DNA of 64,000 bases from Malacoraja senta (lineage: Eukaryota), in the NCBI GenBank assembly GCA_038087875.1, contig JAXLNO010000309.1, forward strand, positions 62,001 to 126,000, given 5' to 3'. Position 1 is the stretch's first letter. The number at the start of each line of letters is the position of its first letter. Positions 25,165-38,398 of the stretch are shown here, piece after piece. A program made the translations under genes and the position numbers. The notes beneath the pieces are model-generated. The model saw nothing but the letters and a program-made list of their open reading frames with translations, had not been told where the DNA came from and ran no database searches.

Positions 25165-27006
25165 TATAAAGCAGGATAGTAAAAGCTTCTTTAGGTATGT
25201 GAAGAGGAAAAATTAGTTAAGACCAAAGCTGAACCCTTGAAGACCGAAAACTGTGAATTTATTATGGGGAGCAAGGAAATGGCAGATGAGATGAACAGCT
25301 ACTTTGGATCGGTCTTCAGTAAGGAGGACACAAACAATCTTCCTGATATAGTAATGGCCAGAGGATCTGGGGTGACGGAGGAACTGAAGGAAATCAAAAT
25401 TAGGCAGAAAATGGTGTTGGATAGACTGATGGGACTGAAGGCTGATAAATCCCCAGGGCCTGGTGGTCTGCATCACAGTGTACTTAAGGAAATGGCTCTA
25501 GAAATCGTGGATGCATTGGTGATAATTTTCCAATGTTCTATAGACTCAGGGTCAGTTCCTGTGGATTGGAGGGTAGCTAATGTTATCCCACTTTTTAAGA
25601 AAGGCGGGATTGAGAAAACAGGGAATTATAGACCAGTTAGACTGATATCGGTGGTGGGGAAGATGCTGCAGTCAATTATAAAAGATGAGATAGCCGAACA
25701 TGTGGATAGCAGTAACAGGATCGGTCCGAGTCAGCATGGATTTACGAAGGGAAAATCATGCTTGACTAACCATCTGGAATTTTTTGAAGATGTAACTAGG
25801 AAAATGGAGAAGGGACAGCCAGTGGGTGTAGTGTACCTGGACTTTCAGAAGCATTTGATAAGGTCCCACATAGGTGATTAGTGGGCAAAATTAGAGCATA
25901 TGGTATTGGGGGTAGAGTGCTGACATGGGTAGAGAAGTGGTTGGCAGACAGGAAACAAAGAGTATGGATTAACGGGTCCCTTACAGAATGGCAGGCAGTG
26001 ACTAGTGGGGTACCGCAAGGCTCGGTGCTGGGACCGCAGCTATTTACAATATACACCAATGATTTTGATGAAGGGATTCAAAGTAACATTAGCAAATTTG
26101 CAGATGACATAAAGCTGGGTGGCAGTGTGAACTGTGAGGAGGATGCTATGAGAATGCAGGGTGAGTTTGACAGGTTGGGGGAGTGGGCAGATGCATGGCA
26201 GATGAAGTTTAATAAGGATAAATGTGAGGTTATTACCTACAAAGGCAGATTACTATCAAAATGGCGTCAAGTTGGGAAAAGGAGAAGGACAACGGGATCT
26301 GGGGGTCCTTGTACATCAGTCTATGAAAGTGAGCATGCAGAAAGCGAATGACATTTTGGCATTTATACCAAGAGGAATCGAATATAGGAGCAAAGAGGTC
26401 CTTCTGCAGTTGTACAGAGCCCTAGTGAGACCACACCTGGAGTATTGTGTGCAGTTTTGGTCCCCTAATTTGAAGACTGACATGTTTGCTATTGAGGGAG
26501 GGCAGCGTAGGTTTACAATGTTAATTTCCGAGATGGCGGGACTGTCATATGCTGAGAGAATGGAGCAGCTGGGCTTGTACACTCTGGAGTTTAGGAGGAT
26601 GAGAGGGGATCTCTTTGAAACATATAGGATTGTTAAGGGTTTGGACACGCTAGAGGCAGGAAACATGTTCCAGATATTGAGGGAGTCCAGAACCAGGGGC
26701 CACAGTTTAAGTATTAGGGGTAAGCCATTTAGAACGGAGACGAGGAAACACTTTTTTTCACAGAGGGTTGTGAGTCTGTGAAATTCTCTGCCTCAGAGGG
26801 CAGTGGAGGCTGGTCCTCTGGGTACTTTCAAGAGAGAACTAGGTAGGGATCTTAAAGATAGCGGAGTACGCGGATATGGGGAGAAGGCAGGAACGGGGTG
26901 CTGATTGGGGGTGATCAGCCATGATCACATTGAATGGCGGTGCTAGCTCGAAGGGCCAAATGGCCTACTCCTGCACCTATTTTCTATTGTCTATTGTCTA
27001 TTGTCT
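25165..27006 (+). mobile_element. 5'-truncated CR1 LINE (RT domain with several frameshifts)
   Basis: ORFs 25237-25881, 25881-26351 and 26224-26781 carry [36 protein letters not shown] and LVRPHLEYCVQFWSP. 3' tail (CTATTGT)n. Confidence 0.93.
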
Positions 27007-27339
27007 AATATACAAATTCTTGGATCGTAATTTCCTTGCTGAATGTCTTTCGATTCCCTAATACCTTATCGGGCAAGCATACCTGTCGTCCCACTTGCAC
27101 TCCCGAATTCCTTCTCCTAAATGCACTCCTGCAGCAAGGGGTTAAATTGATCCCAGTTCCATATACTAATATAGTGATCCTAACCAGAACTTCAGTATCC
27201 CATGTCAGCGGAAGTTTTTTCTTGCAACCTACACTGGCCTACACTGTTACTATCATGAGCTTGCGGACCCTGGACCCTCTTATTTCACTTCTAAAAGCAT
27301 CTTCTAATCAATATTCGATTAAAAAAAAAACTCTGAAGT

Positions 27340-27835
27340 AATTCAGGGTCAGTCAGCATCTCTGCAGAAAAGGACGTTTCGGTCGAGATCATTCTTCAGA
27401 TTGAGAGTCGGAGAAAACGGGATATATAGACAGCACGTAGAACACACGAATGGAAGATATGCAAATAGCAACGATGATAAGGGAGAGGTGGAGACCACAA
27501 AAGTCCATTCTTGTCTGTGGGGTAGGTGATTACGAGTTATGCATCCAGTGAAACTCAACTAGACGTCAGTGGAACTAGTCCGACGTCTAGGGTGGAGGAA
27601 GGACGGAGAGCGAGGGGATGCAAGCTTTACTCGAGGTTAGAGGAATCCATATTCATACCGCTGTGTTATAAGCTGCCCAGGCGATATATGAGGTGTTGTT
27701 CCTCCAATGTGAGTTTGGCCTCACGCTGACAGTGGAGGCCCAGGACCGAAAGGTCAATATGGGAGTGGAAAGTGGAGTTAAAGTGTTTGCCTCGCGGAAG
27801 CTCACGTGGACCAAGGCGGACTGAGCGAAGATGTG
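27340..27835 (-). mobile_element. Penelope 3' fragment (GIY-YIG tail + pseudo-LTR)
   Basis: HFNSTFHSHIDLSVLGLHCQREAKLTLEEQHLIYRLGSL matches the C-terminus of the 51459-52124 ORF. Confidence 0.7.
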
Positions 27836-30774
27836 GGTTATTGTTTACCATCTGCAGTTCCTTCCTGCACTTCGAACCAATATTTGCAGGTTCCCTGTGG
27901 GATGCCATCAGAAATTGTCCTTTCCACAATTTACAAGTTAACTTGTGAATAAGTTTATCTTTTCCATAACCACCTTAAAACAGAAAGAATTATGGCCATT
28001 GATCGCTATCTCTGGGAGAAAGAATCGACTGACTACACCATCCACAACTATCCATCTATCCTCAACTTCCTAGGTTCCAGTGAAAGCAAATCATCGTCTG
28101 TCCAATCTCTCCTTGCAGCTGATACCCTCTAATTCCGGAAGCATTCCGTTAAACCTCGTCTGCGTCTTCTCAAACTCTTCACATCTTTCCTGTATTGGAG
28201 CCAACTGAACTGCAGGCTACACTCCAAATGTGGCCGAACGAACGTCATAGAGAACTGGATTATGACTTACTGACTTTTATACTCAATGGCATCTGGTTTA
28301 TTGTATTGAATTTCTTTTGAATCTGATGAAAATTTAGCAGTCTGAATGTTTAACGTTTACTCTCTCAATAAATGCAATCACATGCTTAATATTTCCAGAC
28401 ATTTGTTGTGTTCTTTCCTTTAAAATTTCCAATATAAAGGTATGTGTTTCTGTTCAGCTCAATCTTGTTGTTTATATGAAATAGGTGTGCGTTATACAAT
28501 AAGAGAACTACTGAAAATAAATCTATTACATTATTTGCAGCAAGATTGCAACTTGGACTATATTGTGAATTGAAATACCGACGGAATTATTTAGTAACAC
28601 CAACCACTGACTTTAGATTCCCTAATACCTTATCGGGCAAGCATACCTGTCGTCCCACTTGCACTCCCGGTCCGTTGGGCAATGTTGAAGGTTACTCATT
28701 CATATTACAAGAACAAATATCCGGGCAAACTGCTGTGATGTGCTCCATTCCATTTGCTCACGATAAAAATACATAATAGCGCGGATTATATTTATGATTT
28801 CCCAATTTTAAACCGCATTAACATCCGTCCCTGTGTTTCCTGCCGACTGCGACTCTTTTAGAATGGGACGGGCTGCGATTCTGTACGTGAAGGAGATCTT
28901 CTATCCGATTATGGCGGCGTATGGAATCCTTGGTTAGTCCGGACATTTAACTTTAGGTTTACTATTGTCATGGGTACAGAGGTACAGTGAACATTTTCGT
29001 TTTACACCTAATCCGATCAGATAATGCTGTACATAAATGCAATCAAATCAAGTCAAGTACAATAGATAGATAAACTTGTTGTAAAAGTAGCGCGATTTAA
29101 TCGGATGATAGGAGATCCTTCTCTGTGAAAAGCACTCAGAGTTCCCCAACTCTAATGTCAATCCGCAGTCCTTTCCTTCAATGTGTTCCTGCTCCGTTTC
29201 AACGGTATCGAGGGCTCTGTGTTCTCATGTCGTTTTCATCGATTCTTTCCGTGCGCTGTTGCGGATGGCTGTCGGCGGCTTCGCTGCCTCCGTCGCCCTG
29301 TGTCCTTACGGCTTTGCGTTTCATCTCTTATAGGAGCCTCCATCGGTCCCTAGTCGCTTGTAATGAATTGGGAGTCTCTCCTAATGCCGCTCACTTCCTA
29401 TATGGGTAAAATTTCCTGATCCACATCCAGCGAGTTACTCAAGTTACTACACAGAATAGCTGGTATATGTTTCAACCCAGACCCTTCGAGTCAGCGGTTC
29501 TGGGGAATTGATGGACTTTTGGCATGGGTATGGGTGTGGGTGCCCAATGCCAACCCGTGCTTGGATGTGAAGCTCTTTACACTTTAATGGAAGGGTATTT
29601 GGCAGCAAATATTAACAGCCCCTCAAATTCCCTCACAAGTGGAAGGAACATCGCTGCTGCATCAGCAAGGTCTACTCGATGTTGAAAGTTCTGAGCTCCA
29701 TATCACGTTGTCATTTAGTGCAGTGCTGGGAGACCGTTCCACTGGGGGCGGTGCCGTGATTTTAATTCGAAATGGTGCACGGAACATATTTCGTTGATTC
29801 AATAGGAAAAGGGTTAAAGAGTGAGAGGAGGGACTTTTCTGTCACCTTCCTATTTGCCCAATATGATGAGCACGTAATGGGATAGTTGCCTTGTTCTATT
29901 TGCTGTAGCTTGCTGTGCTTATCCTATCAGGATGCATCACAGTTTGGTTTGGCAACAACTCTACCCATGACCGCAATAATTTTAATGGGGTTGTGTATTC
30001 ACCCACATCGTCGCACAGTCCAGTCTCCCCACCAACTCCATCTACAGTTCACGCACTTTCGGGAAACTAGCCAACACAATCAAGGACCACTCGCGCCCAA
30101 GTCATTCCATCTTTTCCTCTCTCCTATTGGGACGAAACCACAAAGCTTGACACTGCGGACCATCAAATGTAGATTCAGAAACTGCTTCTTCTCCGCTGTG
30201 AGCAGACGGCTTCCCAGAAGATAAGGTAAAGTCCGGATCTCCTGACCCACCTCATTGTGGCGTATGTATTGTTGATATCTGCACTTTATCGGTAACGGTA
30301 ACGCTATAACGGCATTACCCTCTTTTATGTTGAGAGATATGGATTCTTTCTTACTACCTGTTGTACTTGTGAATGGCGGGCGCACCAAGCCTTCCACTGT
30401 ATCTCGGTACGCGTGACGATAATAAACTGATGCCAACACTAATGCATCTCGAACGCAAAAGCTATAACAAAGGGTGTTGGCAAAATGAATCAAAACAAAT
30501 CCGTTTCTGAAGAATTTCGGGCAGTCGGGCAGATGGTCAAAACATCAGCAGAGGCGAAAACTTCATGCTGCTCGTAACGGAGGAAAGAAGAAAAATGCAC
30601 GTGAAATGACTTACTGGAGAATATAGGGCATTAGAAACAGGATCGTGTTGGTAGGCAGTGGAAATCTGGAGGGAATAAGTCTGGAGCAGTCGATGGAGTC
30701 ACGAAGGGGAAAGGGTAAGGAGGCATTTTCAAGAATGTTGTGAATATTTATTCGATTGTCAACATATTTCGATT

Positions 30775-30915
30775 CTCCCTCTCCCTCTCCCTCTCCCTCT
30801 CCCTCTCCCTCTCCCTCTCCCTCTCCCTCTCCCTCTCCCTCTCCCTCTCCCTCTCCATCTCCCTCTCCCTCTCCCTCTCCCTCTCCCTCTCCCTCTCCCT
30901 CTCCCTCTCCCTCTC
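30775..30915. repeat. (CCCTCT)n hexanucleotide microsatellite in the intron of copy 4
   Basis: Directly visible. Confidence 0.97.
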
Positions 30916-31077
30916 TCTCGCTCTCATCCAGCTATTTAGACTGGTTCACTGGTATAACATGGAAAGAGGCCCTTCGGCCCACCGTGTTCGCGCCGACCAT
31001 CGATAATGCGTCCACACTAGTTATATATTATTGAATGTTTTTCTCCCCCTCCCCACGTATTAGTGATAATTTTTCAC

Positions 31078-31262
31078 AGAAGCCAGTTACCTTATAAATG
31101 TTCAGGTCTTTGAAACGTGGGAAGAAACCGAAGTACTGGGAGGAAATCCACTCGGTCACAGTGTGAACTTGCAAACTCTACATAGACTACATCCGAGGTC
31201 AGGATTAAACCCGGGTGTCTGGCGCTATGAGTCAGAATCTCTCCCAGATGCGCAACTGTGCC
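31078..31262 (-). mobile_element. tRNA-derived SINE (HE1/V-SINE-like) in the intron of copy 4
   Basis: Homologous to 10118-10298 and at the same position relative to the splice acceptor. Confidence 0.65.
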
Positions 31263-32947
31263 GCTCCATCCAAAGGGGTCGTTGAACAGAACGCGGCCTC
31301 TTTCCCCGCTGTTACACTTGGTGGCTGACTAACAGGGCATTTCTCTATGCTTTCTGATTTTTCCAGCGAACGTGGTGACGGCTGCGATCCTGTACCGGGG
31401 AAAGTGCGGACTTTCCAAAGGTATCACCCGTTACATGGTGTCGATGGCAATGTCCGATCTGTTCGTCATCTTCTTTCAAGTGTTGCTCCAAGGAATCTAT
31501 GTTTACTACAACCCCAACGCCTTCTTCATCCGCAGCACGGCGTGCCCTTCGTATGTGTACCTGCGCATCCTCACACTGGACTATTCCGTATGGTTAACCT
31601 TATCCTTCACTTTTGACCGTTTTGTCAGCATTTGCTGTCCGAAGCTGAGACTCGCGGACCTGCTACGGATAAGACGGCCGCCGTGGTCATTGTGTCCTTG
31701 TGTGCGCTGAGCTGCTTAAAATACATCCCATTTTACTTCATGTATGAGCCACGCTTCACCATGGACAATGTGAACTGGGGGTGCCGGCCCAGACCCGCCT
31801 ACTTCACTTCCATCGGGTGGATTGTTTTTTCATGGATGTGTAACATATCTCTCTCCTTACTCCCTTTCGTCCTAATCCTGCTTCTGAACGGGCTGACGGT
31901 CAAGAACATCATAGCGGCCAGCAGAGTCCGCCGGCGCTTAAAGGGACAGGATGGCAAGGACACTGAGTCGGAGAATCGGCGTAAGTCCATTGTCTTACTC
32001 TTCCCGGTGTCGGCAACCTCCATATTACTGTGGACGACGGGAGCGGTAACTTTCATCTGTACCCGAATTACTATTAATTTTGTGGGCTTTGATCTCACAA
32101 GCCCCTCAAATATCGCCAATGAAGTGGGGGTCTTGCTCATTCGGGTCAGCTCCTGCGCCAATACTTGTATCTATGCAATGACCCAAAGTAAATTCAGACA
32201 GGAGCTGAAGACCGGGATGAAAAGTCTTATTCATTTTTTTACGAAACCCACGAAACGGACGCGGCAGTGAGCCGAATATTGGAGTCGAATATAACGCCGC
32301 TATTCTGTATATTCCCCTCACTAATACGCACTATCCCGTGTCTCGAGTACCGTCCAGAACGGACTTGTTGAACGACAGACCATAGATTATAACGTTTGAT
32401 CGCGACACCAAACGATCAGTTGGATACCAAAGCCTCTTACAGCATATGTCCGCTGAATCTTTACCCGCTGAGGATATTGTCCAGATGTGATCTCTGCATA
32501 TAAGTAATGCGTACTTTCTCGGTTTTATGTAATATTGTAACGATGTAGCATTATTTCCGGCGCTGTGGTTATCTTTCATTTAGCAAGACCTATTGTATTA
32601 GTGTTTGGTTTGATGTACCCATGAATGGTAGGACATAACCGGATGCCACGCAAACATGTATCCCGTGGCGATAATAAACCAATGATAAAACCAATTTCTC
32701 GCATCGATCTGTGCGCAACATTGAAACATAACCATTGGCATCGAACAATATAATCAAATTTTCAATCCTTAATTCCCAATGTGTCAAATTAAAATCAATG
32801 CATTACAGTAAGGTGGACAGATGTTAACATTATTCGGAAATTGGAAACGATAATGACTGATGTGGTAGACTCTGTTGGGACCAGCGACCACTGTCATTTT
32901 AACTTTGAGATAACTATAGGTAACGATACGGCAGGTCCGCGAGTTAA

Positions 32948-35233
32948 CATAGAAACATAGAAAATAGGTGCAGGAGTAGGCCATTCGGCCCTTCGAGCCT
33001 GCACCTCCACTCAATATGATCATGGCTGATCATCCAACTCAGTATCCTGTACCTGCATTCTCTCCATACCCCTGATCCCTTTAGCCACAAGGGCCACATC
33101 TAACTCCCTCTTAAATATAGCCAATGAACTGGCCTCAACTACCTTCTGTGGCAGAGAATTCCAGAGATTCACCACTCTCTGTGTGAAAAATGATTTTCTC
33201 ATATCGGTCCTAAAAGATTTCCCCTTTATCCTTAAACTGTGACCCCTTGACCTGGACTTCCCAACATCGGGAACAATCTTCCTGCATCTAGCCTGTCCAA
33301 CCCCTTAAGAATTTAGTAAGTTTCTATAAGACCCCCCCCCCTCAATCTTCTAAATTCTAGCGAGTACAAGCCGAGTCTATCCAATCTTTCTTCATATGAA
33401 AGTCCTGACATCCCAGGAATCAGTCTGGTGAACCTTCTCTGTACTCCCTCTATGGCAAGAATGTCTTTCCTCAGATTTGGAGACCAAAACTGTACGCAAT
33501 ACTCCAGGTGTGGTCTCACCAAGATCTTGTACAACTGCAGTAGAATCTCTCTGCTCCTATACTCAAATCCTTTTGCAATGAATGCTAACATACCATTCGC
33601 TTTCTTCACTGCCTGCTGCACCTGCATGCCTACTTTCAATGACTGGTGTACCATGACACACAGGTCTCGTTGCATCTCGCCTTTTCCTAATCGGCCACCA
33701 TTCAGATAATAGTCTACGTTCCTGTTTTTGCCACCAAAGTGGATAACCTCACATTTATCCACATTATACTGCATCTGCCATGCATTTGCCTACTTACCCA
33801 GCCTACCCAAGTCACCTTGCAGCCTCCTAGCATCCTCCTCACAGCTAATACCGCTCCGCCAGCTTCGTGTCATCCGCAAACTTGGAGATGTTGCATTCAA
33901 GTCCCTCGTCCTAATCATTAATATATATTGTAAATAGCTGGGGTCCCAGAACTGAGCCTTGCGGTACCCCACTAGTCACTGCCTGCCATTCTGAAAAGGA
34001 CCCGTTTACTCCTATCTTTGCTTCCTGTCTGCCAGCCAGTTCTCTATCCACATCAATACTGAACCCCCAATACCGTGTCTTTAAGTTTGTATACCAATCT
34101 CTTATGTGGGACCTTGTCGAAAGCCTTCTGAAAGTCCAGATATAACACATCCACTGGTTCTCCCTTATCCACCCTGCTAGTTACATCCTCGAAAAATTCT
34201 ATAAGATTCGTCAGACATGATTTACCTTTCGTATATCCATGCTGACTTTGTCCAATGATTTCACCACTTTCCAAATGTGCTGCTATCCCATCTTTAATAA
34301 CTGACTCTAGCAGTTTCCCCACTACCGATGTTAGACTAACTGGTCTGCAATTCCCCGTTTTCTCTCTCCCTCCATTTTTAAAAAGTGGGGTTACATTAGC
34401 TACCCTCTAATCCTCAGGAACTACTCCAGAATCTAAGGAGTTTTGAAAAATGTATCACTAATGCATCCACTATTTCTGGGGCTACTCTGGGATGCAGGCT
34501 ATCTGGCCATGGGGATTTATCGGCCTTTAATCCATTCAATTTACCTAACACCACTTCCCGGCTAACCTGGATTTCACTCAGTTCCTCCATCTCATTTGAC
34601 CCGCTCCGGCAGATTATTTATGTCTTCCTTAGTGAAGACAGAACCAAAGTAGTTATTCAATTGGTCTGTCATGACCTTGTTCCACATGATCAATTCATCT
34701 GTTTCTCACTGCAAGGGACATACATTTGTTTTAACAAATATTTTTCTCTTCACATATCTATAAAAACGTTTGCAGTCAGTTTTTATGTGCCCTGCCAGTT
34801 TTCTTTAATAATCTATTTTCCCTTTCCCAATTAAACCCTGTGTCCTCCTCTGCAGGACTGAATTTCTCCCAGTCCTCTGGTAGGCTGCTTTTTCTGGCTA
34901 ATTTAAACGCTTCATCTTTTGTTTTGATAGTATCCCTGATTTTCCTGGTTATCCACGGATGCACTACCTTCCCTGATTTATTCTTTTGTCAATCTGGCAT
35001 GAACAATTGTTGTAGTTCATCCATGCAGTCTTTAAATGCCTTCCATTGCATATCCACCGTCAACCCTTAAAGAATCAATTGCCAGTCAATCTTGGCCAAT
35101 TCACGTCTCATACCCTCAAAGTTGCCTTTCTTTAAGTTCAGAACCCTTGTTTCTGAATTAACAATGTCACTCTCCATCCTAATGAAGAACTCAACCATAT
35201 TATGGTCACTCTTGCCCAAGGGGCCACGCACAA
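32948..35233 (-). mobile_element. Relatively young 5'-truncated CR1 LINE
   Basis: Minus-strand RT ORFs ([54 protein letters not shown]) and a (TTTCTATG)n tail at 32948-32964. It is absent from the paralogous site near 45017. Confidence 0.92.
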
Positions 35234-35239
35234 CTTAAT

Positions 35240-37330
35240 TGGGGCAAGCTCAACTTTGACAGTACTCGCAGACAGGTACTCGCACAATTTGATCCGACTA
35301 GGTTTTCATAAGCAAAGGAACGTCCAAATCGTGGGATGCTTTGAAGGTGAGATGACTGGATTTCAGGGCATGCATGTGCCTGTTAGGCTGAAGGGAAAGA
35401 CAGGTGAGCATATACATGAGTGATGAGAGACACTGAGGCTCTGGTCAGGAAAAGGAAGGAGGCATGGGACGGGTATAGGGAGCTTGCATCATGTATATTC
35501 CGCAAGGAATTTGGGGAACTGACGAACAGACTTAATAAAGAAACCAGGAGGGCAAAAAGGGGGCAGGAGATAACGTTACCAGATAATATCAAGCAACATC
35601 AAAATAATGTGTGTGGTCATTAAGGCAAATTGGTAACTGGAGAGAGAATAAGGTCCCAGAAAAACCAAACCAGAGATGGCAATGTCCTCAATGAGTACTT
35701 CTCCTCTGCTTTAACCGTTGAGAAGGCCGCAACAACTGTAACTCTTGGGGTCAGCCAGAGGCAGTGTCTTGGTGGTAGTCGATATTACGGTCGAGGGGTA
35801 ATTAAGGCGTCTGAAGGTAGATATATCTCCTGGGTTTGATCAGACATATCGGGGACGCTGTCGGAAGCCAGAGAAGAAATTACATGCGCCCTGCCTTAGT
35901 TATAAACATCATAATTAAAGACGGTTGAGATGCCGGAAAACTGGTAGTTAATGTTTGTATCGCAATTTAAGAAGGGCTGCAAGGAAAAGCCTGGGAACTA
36001 TAGTCCAGATAACGTAACATCTGTGGTAGGCAAGTAACTGGATAAGATCTGTATGCATTCAGATAGACAAGGGTGATTAGGGATAGTTGCCATTGTGTTG
36101 TACGTGGGACATCGTGTTTCACGAGTCCTGTTGACTTCTGTGAAGATATAACCAAAAAACGGGATGACGACTGAGCACCAGACGTTATCTTTCTGGATTT
36201 CAGCAAGGCTTTTGATGTGTGTCCGTGTCGTGATCTACTCTGAGACGTTAGATCGCATAGACTCCAGGGAAACCTAGCCGACTGGATGGAATATTGGCAT
36301 CATGGAAAATGGAACAGAGGGTGTTGCTGGAAAGTTGGTTCGCGGACTAGAGGCCCGTGACAGTGGTGTCCACCTAGTATCGGTGCTGGGCCCAAAGCTC
36401 TTTGTAGTTTGTATGAAAGATGTGGATGAAAATGTACAAAGGATTAGTAAATGTGCGAAATCATACAAGTGGATTGTATTGTAGATAGCGAAGATGGTTA
36501 TGAAAGATAACAGCAGGGTCTTGCGCAGTTGGGCAAGTGAGCTGAGGAACAGTTAATGGTGTTTAATGCAGATATGCGTGAGGTGTTGCATTTTGAGAAG
36601 TGAAACAGGGGCAGGGATATGACTTTAGGGAGTGTTGTGGCGAAGAGCTATCCAGGAGTGCAGGGACAAGTTCCTTGAAAGTGGCGCCGCAGGCAGATGG
36701 AGGGGACAAGAAGTCTTTAGGCACAGTGGGCTTCATCAGTCAGAGCATTGACCATAGAAGTTAGGATGTTATTTTTACAGTTCTATAAGGTTGGTGACAT
36801 CACTTTTGGAGTATCGTGCTCAGTTTTGGTCACGCTGCTATTGGAAAGATGGCGTTAAGAAAGAAAGAATTCAGAGAAGATTTACGGGAATGTTAGCAGA
36901 ACCTAAAGCCCCAGCTATAGGGAGAGGTTGGGCAGGTCAGGGCTGTATTCCTCGGAGCACAGGAGGATAAAGTCTAAACTTACAGCGGTGTATTAGATCG
37001 GGAGGGGAATTAATAGGGTCGATGCACAGAATCTTTAACCCAGACGAGGGGAACCAAGAACCAGACGACTTTGCCGTTAAGTGAGAGGAGGAATATTTAA
37101 TATGAATATGAGGGACAAACTTTTTGCACAGACGGTGGTGGGTATACTGAATGAGTTGCCAGAGGAGGTAGGTGAGGCAGATATTATGACATCATTTCAA
37201 AGACATTTCGAAAGGTGCATGGAAAGGAACGATTCAGATGGATATGGGCGAAACGCGGGCAGGGGCGACTAGTGTGGATGGGGCACTGCGGTCAGCATGG
37301 GCAGTTTAGGCCAAAGGGTCAATTTCCCTG
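35240..37330 (+). mobile_element. Old degenerate CR1 LINE, part of the duplicated GPCR 3' flank
   Basis: Decayed RT motifs (ctggatttcagcaaggcttttgat; tcggtgctgggccc; ggagtatcgtgctcagttttggtca). Collinear with 45000-46657 plus 63403-63620. Confidence 0.75.
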
Positions 37331-38039
37331 CAATGGGACTCTATACCATTTTCCATGTGGCCTCTGTCTAGCGATGGAGGAGGTCCGGGGCAAAAAGATC
37401 AGTTTGAGAAGCAACCGGAATGTCCATTAGACGTTGGCGGACCGAGCGCAGGTGTTCAGCAAAGCAGTCGCCGATGCTTGGTCTCGCCGATATACAGGCG
37501 GCCATATCGGGAACTCCGGGTGCAGGAGATGATTTGGAGAACAGGTTTGTGGCTTTCAGCTCAACGTTATCATTCAATTGAAGCAGTTAATCGGTCACAA
37601 AATAAGAGATCTGAGGAGAATTGTCTCGTGAAATTGCTGACGGGAGGATAAATTCTAATTCGGACTTTGAGGTGATATCAATATGAGGTGGAATTTATAA
37701 CCGCACACCTATTGCAAAGACTTCATGCTAATTTTCCCTGAGTTCAACATCAAGCATTCATATTGGACATCAAAAGAAACAACCTGAGCAAACCATTGTG
37801 AAATATCCTATTCTCTCTTACTTGGGTATAAATGTGATAAAGCACAGATTATATTTCGGATTTTCCCCGCGCTAGAAATCCTCCGACATCCAACACATCG
37901 GCCCGCCCAGTGAACGAAGCGAATCCCGCCACGAGAAATGCCCGTCATCTCACATCGTTGATTGAGATACATGTTAGTATTAAGCCCGTGTCCTCCTACA
38001 ATCTTTGCAATGTGTATTGCTCCTCCAATTAGGTTAAAA

Positions 38040-38240
38040 TTCACAAGTTCACAATTTATTGGAATAGAATTGCGCCATTCGACCCATCAAGTCTACTCAG
38101 CCATTGAATCATGGCTGATATTGCCTCCTAAGACCATTTCCTGTCTTCTCCCCAAAACCTCTGACACCCGTTCTAATCAAGAATTTGTCTATCTCTGCCT
38201 TAAAAATCTCCACTGACGTGGCCTCCACAGCCCTCTGTGT
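38040..38240 (-). mobile_element. CR1 3'-end fragment inserted about 160 bp upstream of the copy 5 ATG
   Basis: It interrupts sequence that is contiguous in copy 3 (cctccaataagg...gaattacgtggaaatg) and resembles the 3' UTR at 32960-33150. Confidence 0.65.
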
Positions 38241-38249
38241 GGAATTGCG

Positions 38250-38398
38250 TGGAAATGTGTGTTCAAATGTCCATGACTAACATCATTGTTTCATCACTCC
38301 GTGAATACTCTGGAGGGTTGGCGCGAGTATTAATGAGCATTGGAGTCGCGCTCCTTGCTCCATCGTGTTAGCACAGTGAGCTGCCGAGATCATACAGA
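38250..38398 (+). promoter_or_regulatory. Conserved proximal upstream block of GPCR copy 5
   Basis: Same block, with GAGTATTAATGAGC about 70 bp before the ATG. Confidence 0.45.

Larger units (their letters stand above)
28863..32270 (+). pseudogene. GPR139/142-like GPCR copy 4 (subtype A). Exons 28863-28932 and 31367-32270, with a single +2 frameshift at 31654-31664.
   Basis: Exon 1 MGRAAILYVKEIFYPIMAAYGIL, G|GTTAGT. Acceptor ttccag|CG AAC GTG. The 11 nt gcggacctgct replace the 9 nt found in paralogs. ORFs 31372-31710 and 31632-32270 are the two halves. Confidence 0.85.
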
